NCBI GenBank assembly: GCA_030390025.1
Contig: CM059431.1
Location: 111,540,001-111,604,000 of the forward strand
From: Squalus acanthias
Taxonomy: Eukaryota
Length of the DNA stretch: 64,000 bases
Reading direction: 5' to 3'
Part shown: one piece after another, positions 11,801 through 23,800 of the stretch
How the letters are laid out: each line of letters starts with the position of its first letter
Position numbering within the stretch: the stretch's first letter is position 1
The notes under the pieces: model-generated
The model's input: the letters and a program-made list of their open reading frames with translations, nothing else
What the model was told of the DNA's origin: nothing
Database searches by the model: none
Position numbers and translations under genes: made by a program

Positions 11801-14800
11801 CCTCTCGAGTGTTGGTCGCTACAGGGTAAGGAAGTAAACAATTCACTGGCATTAGATGGTTTAGTAAAAAGTGACCATTTCATGCGGCATTAAGGAGCGG
11901 ACAAGAACAACGCACATATATTCGACGGTCCTGTGAAGAAGGAAGTTCAGCTTATTTGTGTGAACGCATAGATTAGTGCAGTAAAGAATGAACAAAAGAA
12001 CAAGACTGATCATTTTACAAGGCAACTACCAAGGCCGGTTTTGTTAGGGCAACGTGTAGCACGGGTTAAAGGACAGGTGATAACACAGCTGAAAGGCTGA
12101 CTTCATGAAACCATACTTACAGACTCGGTGCAATCGTCTCCCAGTTTTCAGCAGCTGACAGCACTGCCTTTGCAAACTGATTCCCCCTCAGAAATCATCC
12201 CAATTGTGCAAGAATTACATACATGATTCTATGACTATTTTTTTTCAAGAGCTGAGGGCACATAGAAGATAAACTGTGAAGTGACGGCTCACTGAAAAAC
12301 TAACGAGGAAGCTTTCTGCTATTCCTTATTATTGTAAATATGCAAGCTTATAACTTCACTACAGTGAACAGCAAAAATCTTCCTCCAGCATCACCAAGAA
12401 GTGTGACAATGGGATTGCGCAATCCCACAACACGAGGCACTTACTTTTTCACTGATCCACTATTTGCAAATGATTTACATCTGTTAAACCATGTGCACTT
12501 TCCTTTTCTAATACACTGAAACTTTGTGATTTACTTGAAAAAAAATTCTCATTTGCGGAGGCTTTTTCCCCCAGAAATTAACACTGGTTTACATGTTGAT
12601 GTCCTTGCACCTTTTGCTTGCAATAATTACAGGAGCATACTTGGATAAATCAATCTGTCGTCATACTTGCACATATTAGCATAGTAGTGTTACATGCTTC
12701 AGAGTCGGTGTGTTTTGTTGGCGATGTTTAACACCGCTCTTAAAATAGTGGACAGGAAAACTATAGATACGTTAAACCTTTATCCACTATTGCCACCAAT
12801 AACTTCGAGCCTTATGTCAGCCGTGGCTCAGTGGACAGCACCCTCGCCTCTGAGTCTGAAGGTTGTGGGTTCATAGTCCCACTCCAGACACTTGAGCACA
12901 AAAATCCAAGCTGACACTCCAGCACAGTACTGTCGGCATTGGTGAGGCCGCACCTGGAGTACTGTGTGCAGTTTTGTTCTCCTTACCTAACAAAGGATAT
13001 ACTCGCCATAGAGGGAGTGCAGCGAAGGTTCACCAGACTGATTCCTGGGATGGCAGGACTGTCGTATGAGGAGAGATTGGGTCGACTAGGCCTGTATTCA
13101 CTAGCGTTTAGAAGAATGAGAGGGGATCTCATTGAAACGTATAAATTTCTGACAGGGCTAGACAGACTGGATGCAGGGAGGATGTTTCCCCTGGCTGGGG
13201 GGTCTAGAATGAGGGGTCACAGTCTCAGGATACGGGGTAGGTCATTTAGGACTGAGATGAGGAGAAATTTCTTCACTCAGAGGGTGGTGAACCTGTGGAA
13301 TTCTCTGCCCCAGACAGCTGTGGAGGCCAAGTCACTGAATATATTTAAGAAGGAGATAGATAGATTTCTAGACACAAAAGGCATCAAGGGGTATGGGGAG
13401 AGAGCGGGAATATGGTATTGAGATAGAGGATCAACCATGATCATATTGAATGGCGGAGCAGGCTCGAAGGGACGAATGGCCGACTCCTGCTCCTATTTTT
13501 CTATGTTTCTATGTCGGAGGTGTCGTCATCTTTTGGATGAGACGTTGATCTGAGGCCCATCTGCTCTCTCAAGTGCACTATTTCGAAGAAGAGCAGGGGA
13601 GTTATCCCCGGTGTCCTGGCCTATATTTATCCCTCAATCAACATCCCTAAAAACAGATTATCTGGTCATCACATTGCTGTTTGTGGGACTTTGTTGTGTG
13701 CATAAGCTGCCGCATTTCCTGCGTTACAACAGTGACTACACTTCAAAAAGTACTTAATTTAAAAAGTACTTAAAGTAAAGCACTTTGGGATGTCCTGAGG
13801 TCATGAAAGGCGCTATATAAATGCAAGTCTTTCTATTTCAAGGGGGTGGATGTTGTTAGCTGAGCAGCACTGCAAAGAAACCAAACTACCTTGTCTGGGT
13901 GCATTGTTGGGTTAGTTCCCTATTCTTGAGGCACTGCCAATTCTGGAGCTCCTCACACATTCTCTTCTTTTCTGACTCTAGCCCCAACTTCCCCTCTTAA
14001 TTACCATAAGAGCCCAGAGTTAAGTAGTTAAAGTAAGGAGCTGACTTGAAATACAGTATGGTCAAATTACATCGTGCATTTCAATTTTGTGCTGTACCAA
14101 GGGCCAAACAAGATCTGAATGATTGGCTGCCATCGTTCCTCTCGTATTAATCTGTCCCTCCACCTAATTGATATGGGGACAGTTTGTATACAGATATATA
14201 GGGCAGATGTTTGGAATCGTGCAGTGCAGCAGCAGGAACAATGTGCAGCGAACCTTCCATCCCTACATACTGCAAGGCCACTCCTGTTCCAACTTTCCTA
14301 TTTTTAGGCTTCATTATGGGGTCACGGTGAACTCCCAGTGCTCAATACAGATATCCAGCACTGCAGCAGCTAGTTCAAAGAAAGGAAAGGGAGGTTTTTG
14401 GCCGTTAAAAAATGTAATCATTGCAAGTAACTCTTTACTTGATATAATGGAACAGTACCAAGGCAGAGTTACTGTTGCAGCAAGTGACGAAAAAGGGTTG
14501 CTCTTTTTAGCGCTCCAGAACACCACCCTTTCCGCTCCCCACAAGAGAGCGATTTAGACGCCCGGCATAGGGTGGTGCGATGCTAAATCTTACGTTGATG
14601 GACTTGCCAGCATAAGAGAAAAAAGCTTGCACACTTCAAAAACAATTCAACTGAGACAAGGCTACTTGCCAGTACTTTATAACAAGTAGATGGGCAAAGC
14701 AATTGGCCATAAAGTATCTCCTCACCTGTTACACATTGACTGCTGCCCCGTGCAAAGTAGAAGCCCACCACTACCTTCTCAAGGACAACTGGAGATGGGC

Positions 14801-17800
14801 AATAAATGCCTGCCTTGCCAGCAATGCCCGCATCCCAAAGAATGAATAAACAAAACTCAGACTACCTTACAGCCCATGCAATGATTATTAGGCTTGCCCA
14901 TACAGCAGCAGGCGGAGATTTCAGCTCCAACTTATAATTGAAACTCTTTTGAATATTTACATCTTAAAAGGGCTTCACCCAAGAATTTATTGCAATGAAG
15001 CCATGCGTACCAAATGTTCATTACTCACACCCTCCTAATAAAACCATTCATGCTGCATGCTCATCTACTCACATCCACAATGAGCTGCAGGATAGGCACT
15101 TTCATGTCACTTTATGTGCACTACCAAAAGTTCACTACTTCCTTGCTTGTATGACAAGGTTACTGACAACAGAAAGGAGCAGGCACACATTGAAGCAAGG
15201 CTCCATAACTATAAACTCTGGTATCTGCCTTGTATAAGGAGGGCGGCCGTCAGCTGCCGAGGCCCTAACTCCCTCCCTAAACCTCTCCCCCCCTCTCTCC
15301 TCCTTTAAGACACTCCTTAAAACCTACCCCTTTGACCAAGGTTTTGGTAATCTGTCCTAATGTCTCCTTTTGATTGGTAACGCTCTTGTGAGCGCTGTGG
15401 GACGTTTTACGACGTTAAAGGAGCTGTATAAATGCAAGTTGTTGTTGTTATCTGTGAGAAGAGGCCATCGTGGAAATCTTTGCCAAACCACAATCATGTT
15501 AACCTTCCACAGCAGCACAGACATGTCTTGGAACTGTAATTGAAATACCTGAACCGCCAACTACACTGTCTGAAAACATAACCTACCGATGTGCCAGGGA
15601 GCCTGTACTCTGGTCCAATCCCAAGTAAGTGCCTCACCCTGAAAGAGTACATTCTATGGTTGAGGTTAAGGAGGGAGGCAGACCTCAATGGTATTCCTGC
15701 TAATAAGCTCTCCTCCAATGCTAAGGCAGAATTTTCAAGTGTTTCGTAGAACTGAAGTACAGTCTCCTTTGCAAAGGTGACACCTCAATCACTAGGCCAG
15801 AGTAAAAGAAAGAAAAAAGACTTGCATTTATATAACGCCTTTCACAACCTCAGGACGTCCCAATGAGCTTCACAGCCAATGAAATACTTCTGAAGTGCAG
15901 TCACTGTTGTAATGTAAGAAACACGACAGTGCATTTGCGCACAGCAAGATCCCACAAACAGCATTGAGATAAACGACCAGATAATCTATTTTTAGTGATG
16001 TTGATTGAGGGATAAATATCGGCCAGGAAACCGGGCAGAACTCTCCCGCTCTTCTTCGAAATAATGCCATGGGATCTTTCAAGTCCACCCGAGTTGTCAG
16101 ACTCCGTTTGACGTCTCATCCGAAAGACTCTGACAGTACAGCACTCCCTCAGCACTGCACTGGAGGGTCAACCTAGATTATGTGCTCAAGTCTTTGGAGT
16201 GGGACTCACAACCCACAACCTTCTGTCTCGGAGGCGAGGGTGCTAACAACAGAGCCACAGCTGACACCCAATACAGCAGACCCTAATTACCAAAGTCGCA
16301 CAGTACAATCCAACACCAACCACACAGTTTGCAATCCAAGAACAGTACTTGAGGTTTGAAATCCAGTACCGAGCTTCACATCGCTCAGGGTTGAAATCCA
16401 GTACCAGCCTGCACAATGTTCCCTCATTGCGACCCACTTCCAAACACGATCTGATCATCTGGTCATGCTCCCACCTGTCAGTTCCTCTTTAAGCTGCAAG
16501 AAAATGCCAGATTACCTCAAAGAATCCTTCTTAAGCACAGTTTGAGTGAGGAGAAGTGCTCTGATGATTTCTGCAGCAGCTCAAAGAGAAACACTCCACC
16601 AATAACACTTGAAAACCTATAGAGTGTAGCCAATGTCAGGATTCAAACTCAGGCCCGCAGAATGGAAGAAATACATGACATTTACTGAGACGTGAATGGC
16701 AATCAATCGCTTTGCTCCATTTAAATAAGGCCTTACATTCTCTCAAAAAAATGTGAGCACGGTTTGCAAACGGAGATCCATGTTGGTAGAAACCGAGTGC
16801 AATCTTCCCTCGCTTTGACTGATGAGTCTCATTAGTTTCTACCAGACGCAGAGCAACAGGAGTCTTAATATGGCCGAGGGGCCACGTGGAGAATATCTCC
16901 CCTTCCACCTGCGGCTCTCAAGAGACCTGCTACTACATGTACCTACGGCCTCAATTCATACCCTGCCCACAGTTTGTGTGTGAGAGACAGAAAGAGGATT
17001 CAATGCAAAGAGTTTATTTGCTTTATAGTGGGTGACATGAATCTGTCATTCATGACTTATGAAATAATACTGAGTGGCCTGCGGGTGGCGCTGTCCAGGG
17101 AGAGTATAAATACTCGGGCACGGGCCCAGCTTGCGCAGGACATTCTTAACAGGAACTAGTGAAGGACACAACTAGACCTCCATGTTGTAAAACAGTTGAT
17201 TAAAGCTTTGTTTAACGCTTAGACCAAGTGTCTAGTAGTTTTCTTACGTCAGTGGGTCTGTGAGAAAGTCCACCAGGCAAGACCTTGCCCACAACTGTGG
17301 TCCTCAGCAGAGGTTGAGTATTCCTGAATAGAATCATAGAAATTTACAGCACAGAAGGAGGCCATTCAGCCCATCGTGCCTGTGTCGGCTCTTTGAAAGA
17401 GCAGTCGTGCTTGGTCCCACACTCCCGCTTTTTGTCCGTAACTCCTATAACTTGCTCATCCTCAAAGACCCGTCCAACTCCCTTTTAAAATTATTTATGG
17501 AATCAGCTTCCACCACTTGTTGAGGTAGAGCGTTCCAGATCCCGATCCGGAGTGAAAAAAATTCTCATCTCCTTTCTAGATCTTTTGCCAATGATTTTAA
17601 ATCTATGACCTCTGGTTATTGACTCACTCACCTGCTTTTCTCTATCTATTCTATCAAAAACCCTCATGATCTTGTAAAACTTCATTAGGTCACTTCTTAA
17701 CCTTCTCTGTTCCAAGGAGAACAGTCCCAACGTTTCCAAAATATCCTCACAACTGAAGAACATTTATCCCGATAAATATGGAATCAGAAGGTTGGGGGGG

Positions 17801-20800
17801 GGGGGGGGGGGAGGGGCTTTGTTCAGCCACGCCCATCTGTGTAGGAACACACCTGCTATTGGCTGACACTTTTGCAGGAATCTATAGTTGCGTTTGGTTC
17901 ACTGTCCTGCTGAACGGTCGCAGCACCAAGAGACACCAGAGGGGGGCGAGTCATCTAAATTGGATTAATTAAAAAACGGAATCAGTTGTACTTATTACTT
18001 TGAGAACAGCATTGTTTTCTCAAAGTTGTGTTACACTGCAACAAACCAACTCCCTCAGACTTGAAGGAAAATATAAACTCGCTACTCTGTCTCTCTCACA
18101 GCGAACAACCGAAAGAATTACCTTCAAATGGCAAGTAGTGCATTGCTGTCCGCGTCTAGGCATCTGCTGGCCACTCTTGTCAAGTACCGAACCACCCCAC
18201 TGACTCCACGCTTGCAGGCCCCAGCTGCAAACCGCACAAATCTCCATTAAATGAGCCACTTCAACTCTCCTTTATCAGCATTAAAAATGCATTCCACAAG
18301 ATCAGTCTGCCCAAGCTCTTTGATAGCTGCAATGACAGATCACTGCAATCAGCACGCAGGTTTTCAGTGCCTGTCATAACCATCCACCCTCCAGAAATCC
18401 TTTCACCCAGGAGCCGATCAAGCTGAGACTTGCTGCACTTTTCACTGTTCCTTATTATTTTGGAGTTCTACTTTCAGCTGTACCTTCGCTCAAACTGATC
18501 TGCACTTGGGAGAATAAACCTCTCTAAAATCACCGAATCAATGATCCTTTTCATGTACAGCCACATAGACAACCAAAACAACAACAACTTGCATTATATA
18601 TACAGAATCAGGAGCAAATTGGGTGCTACGCTGGCATAGTGGTTAGCACTGGTGCCTCATAGCGCCAGGGACCCGGGTTCGAATCTGGCCTCAGGTGACT
18701 GTCTGTGTGGAGTTTGCACATTCTCCCCGTGTCTGCGTGGGTTTCCTCCGGGTGCTCCGGTTTCCTCCCACAATCCAAAAATGTGCGGGTTAGGTTGATT
18801 TGGCTATGATAAATTGACCCTTAGTGTTAGGGGGGGATTAAATATGTGGGGTTACGGGGATAGGATGGGATATGTTAGGGGGAATTAAATACGTGGGGTT
18901 ACGGGGATAGGGTGGGATATGTGTCGGTGCAGGCTCGATGGGGATTCTGTGTGAGGGGGCAGGGGCAGGGGCAGGGTGCTGGATTTGGATGATCAGCCAT
19001 GATCGTATTGAATGGTGGAGCAGGCTCGACGGGCCGAATGGCCTACTCCTGCTCTATGTTTCAAAACATTTATTTTAGTAGATTTAAGTACGACACAACA
19101 ACACAACTTCGAGATGTTCGAGATGGTCCTGCCCTGGAAATTATGTCAAGTGCATTTATGTCGGCGGAAAGATACACCCACCCAGTTTCCACTGTCAATA
19201 ATAACAACAACTTGCATTTATATAGCGCCTTTAACGTGTTGAACCATCCTAAGGTGCTTCACAGGAGCGTTATCAAACAAAATTTGACACCGAGCCACAT
19301 AAGGAGATATTAGGACAGGTCACCAAAGGCTTGGTCAAAGAGGTAGGTTTTAAGGAGCGTCTTAAAAGGTGGAGAGGTACAGAGGCGGAGAGGTTTAGGG
19401 AGGGAATTCCAGAGCTTAGGGCCTAGGCAGCTGAAGGCACGGCCACCAATGGTGGAGCAATTAAAATCAGAGATGCGCAAGAGGCCAGATTTGGAGGAGC
19501 GCAGAGATCTTGGGGGGTTGCAGGGCTGGAGGAGATTACAGAGATAGGGAGGGGCAAGGCCATGGAGGGTTTTGAAAACAAGGATGAGAATTTTAAAATT
19601 AAGCCGTTGCTGGACCGGGAGCCAGTGTAGGTCAGCGAGCACAGGGGTGATGGGTGAACTTGTTGCAAGTTGGGACACGGGCAGCGGAGTTTTGGATGAT
19701 CTCAAGTTTACGAAGGGTAGAATGTGAGAGACCGGCCAGGAGTGCGTTGGAATAGTCCAGTCTAGAGGTAACAAAGGCATGGACGAGGGTTTCAGCAGCG
19801 AATGAGCTGAGAAGGGTGGGGTCAGGCGATGTTACGGAGGTGGGAATAGGCAGTCTTAGTGATGGCGCAGATGTGTGGTCGGAAGCTCATTTTGGAGTCA
19901 AATATGACACCAAGGTTGTGAACAGTCTAACAGAGAAGAAATCGCCTCACTGGTTCGGGGAGAGTGGGAAACAGAAGCTGTGGTATGCAGCTACAAACGC
20001 AAGGCTTGTCACATCCAATGCAGACAGGATGTAAAGACAAGCTATGCCCATGGACACGACACCAGGTAGGTTACTGTCCATCTGCATTATAGTCATGTAC
20101 AGGACACACTACTTGTGTGGGCACAGACAAAATATTCCCGAGCCATCAACTGCTGGGGAGCTGACCGTGTCAAATTCAAATTTATAAATATCTTACAAGA
20201 CAAATAAGTAATGGCCCGTATTTTCCGATGCCTACGGGTGTGTACGAGCTGTGTACACACCCATAGGGACATCAGGCATGCGAAGCGCATGCGCTAAAAA
20301 CCGGCATTTCCGATCTGTCAAGAATGATCTTGACAGATCGGACGCCTGCCCTGGAGAAGGGCCTCTGCGGGGGGGGGGGGCAGTTCCGCTTTCTGCAGAA
20401 CCTCCGCCCGCTGAAAACCCGTAGAAATCTTACGCCTGGTAAAAGCAGGGTTGAAAAAAGTAAAAGAAATATATTTTTTTCCACTCATTTATAATTTTAA
20501 AATACATTTAAAAAAGGTAAGTTTCTTTTTAGCCCTGTAAAAAACCTTAATTTTTTTTTTCAAAAAATTAAATTTTTGTTTAAAATATTTAATTTAATGT
20601 AATTTTAACTCATTTTAAAAACGTGGTGGTTTTTTAAAAACTTATTTAATGTTTTAGTGTCTTTTTTCAGTGATCCCCATTCATACTTTTGACAGTTCTA
20701 TCTGTCAAAAGTATGAAGGGGGATTCCCTTCTCCTATTGGCTGGCCTGGTCCACGTGATCCCAGGGATGCTTGCGAACCGCATGCACCCCTGGGATACGT

Positions 20801-23800
20801 GGGCCCTGCGCATTTTGACTGCGGAGAGGCCCAGGAGCGGAAGTGTCCGGACCTCGGGAGCCCTCAGGTAAGAGCGTAGATTTTTTTCCGATAGGAGGCA
20901 TCCGCACGCAGGAAGCCTCCTATCGGAAATTACGGGCCAATATCAAGTAGCTTTATGAAGATTTTTTTTATAAAAAAGGGCAGGAACATAAACAAAAAAG
21001 AATCGAAAATGAGAAGAGAGAGGAAGTGATACAAAGAGCCAGAGATTGTAGAGAAGTGTTGCAGAAATGTGTGAGCAAAGATTAAAAGATGGCCCCAAAG
21101 GTCAGAGTGAGTCATTCGTGAATGTAAACTCAGGGTCCCTGACATGACCTCAGAACTTGTGCAAGCATTTTGCTGTGTTTACATCGTACATTCTGCGCAG
21201 CTGGAGTTGCTTCAACCTTGAAGAATGTTTAATTTGAAAGAGGCCCTAAAAATGTTAAGCGAGATAAATTATATCAAAATAAAAAGACATGGTTCATAAC
21301 TGTGTTGGACCGTGGCCTGGAAATGATACTTTGCAACATTATCCGCACAAATATTTAACTCATTTATTTGAAATTCCTCTGCTGTTTTAACAGAGGTGCT
21401 AAAATAGTGGACTAAAGGAGTGTGACAAAAGCTCATTAAGCATTTGTACAAATACTAGTTTAATTTCCAGATTCATATGGATTACATGATTGCAAATAAT
21501 CTAGTTTTATTTTGCAAGAGATAACTAATAAACCATAACCGAAATGTCCCCGCTGGTTAGTCTCAAAAAGAGTAAAGGGAACAGGCGGAAAAGAGACACA
21601 CAGAAAGTTCAGAGAGAGTACACAGAAAGCCGAGAAAAGTAACGAGGAAAGAAGAAACAGAGAAAATGGAACTATCAGAAAGAAATCAAAAACAGCAGAA
21701 AAAAATAGCAAATAGAAAAGAGAACGAGCGAAGAAAAAAATGAGGAAAAGTAGATAGATCAGAGAGAAAAACAACAACCTGTATTTATATAGCGCCTTTA
21801 ACGTAGTAAAACGTCCCAAGGTGCTTCACAGGAGTGTTATAAAACAAAATTTGGTACCAAGCCACATAGGAGCTATTAGGGCAGATGACCAAAAGCTTGG
21901 TCAAAGAGGTAGGTTTTAAGGAGCATCTTAAAGGGGGAGAGAGAGGTAGAGGGTTAGGGAGGGAATTCCAGAGCTTAGGGCCCAGGCATCTGAAGGCAGG
22001 GCCGCCAATGGTGCAGCGATTAAAATCGGGGATGCGCAAGAGGCCAGAATTAGAGGAGTGCCAACAGGGCCAAGAAACAATAGCAAGATCAGGGAAAAAC
22101 CTAAAGAGCAAAGAGAAAGCAAAGTAGAGAAAGCAAAGGAGCCATGCCAAAGAGAGAAACAAAAAGTTCAGAAAAAAACAGGTTCTCAGAGAAAACAGAG
22201 CAGAGTAAAAACAAAGATCAGGGTGAAAAACAGAATGAGGAAAATGGAGACAAGATAAGCGGAGGAAGAGCAGAGAGAAAAACGAAGAGCAGAAAGTAAA
22301 ATAAAGAGCAAAATGGGAGAGCAGAGCAAAAGAAAAGGATTAGATAAAAAAGTTGCAAGGAAAGAAAGGGTAAAGAGAGCACAGAAAGAATAATAAGAAA
22401 AACCAGAGTGGGAGAAAAGCACAGAGATGAGAAAAAACACAGATCAGAAGGAACAGCATAAAGTGAAAAGAGAAAAGCAAAAAGAACAGAGCAAAAAACA
22501 GAGCAAAGGAAACATGAAAGAGCAAAGGTGAAAAGGGCAGAGGTGAAAAGAGTAAAGCTGAAAAGAGCAGAGGTGAAAAGAGCAAAGGTGAAAAGAGCAA
22601 GGTCAAATAAAAAACAATTTTGTTCTGAATTTAAAAACCAATTGAGATCCAAATTGGCCTCCTGCACTAGATTAAAAAATGAACTGGAAACAAAAGTAAT
22701 GAAAATCAAGTTTATTTTAGGAGGTAAATAAATGACATTCTAATTTTTAACACAGAAAAAGCAAAATTTCTAAAATGATATTCTTCACTATCAAATCAGT
22801 TATTAAAAATGAATATGCACGACATTGTTTAATATTCCACAAGATTCTATTGTAAGAATCTCCACAGGGACATCCCGAGAGAGAAGTGTCACATCAGCGA
22901 GGTCTCTCCTCAATCCCACCCAAATGATTCTAGGAATGCCTGGCTGGTGACAACTACACGCTACACAAAGATGGGTGGCTGATCCTATCCCAGTGCAATC
23001 AGTAGACTGATTACTGAGCTAACCTGGACTACTGGTGGAGTCCGGCTTTGTGGCACGATGCACTGCAACTCAACCGTGAGATTACGTTTGGGATAAATTA
23101 GTCAGCTGGAGAGAACTTTCAGACTTGCTCCCTCCGCAGTCACTTTGGGCTGGATTTTGTCTTGGGGTCGGGTTGGGGTCGTGTTACCCGCATTTCGTGT
23201 TGCCCCCTCCCGACTGCAGATTAATGTGGATGAATGATGCGATTTTCACTTAATTGGGCAATTGAGTTCCAGCATGTGGGAACCGATGAACCAATTAGTG
23301 GTTTCAGTCTGAAAGTCACCTCTGATGATGTCATCATTGCAGGTCAGAGACTGACTGCCTGGCTTTTGCTGTGAGAGGACCTGGATGCAAAATGAGCAGC
23401 AGCTCAGAGAGAGAGAGAGAGAAAACGTTTCAAAATGGCATTACAGAGCCAATTTAGGGATAGTTAAGAGCGTTAATGGCCTCTCCTGCCTCTTGGAAGC
23501 GGGACGGAGTCGGGAACCCCGCGACCGATTTTGTCAAAATTGCGTGGAGGCGGGATGGGGTCGGGACCCCCGACCCCGCAACTTTAACCCCCCACACGCC
23601 TCCAAACCCGACTCCACGGGTCATTGAAAATCCAGCCCTTTCTTCCTGAGGGACATAAGAGGCAGTAGTTTTTTTGGGGTGCGGGTAAATCATCCGCGAG
23701 GGTAGGACCATCGAGCCTTTGAAAGGACACTGTTAAGTTTGGATGAACAATTTTGTTCAGATCTACAGAATGCAGGATAGAAAGAAGCAATGCGTCAATT

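Noticed and set aside
21460..22709. Phe/Leu/Ser-rich membrane-protein-like ORFs (also 1209-1631)
   Set aside because: Translation of pyrimidine-rich low-complexity sequence
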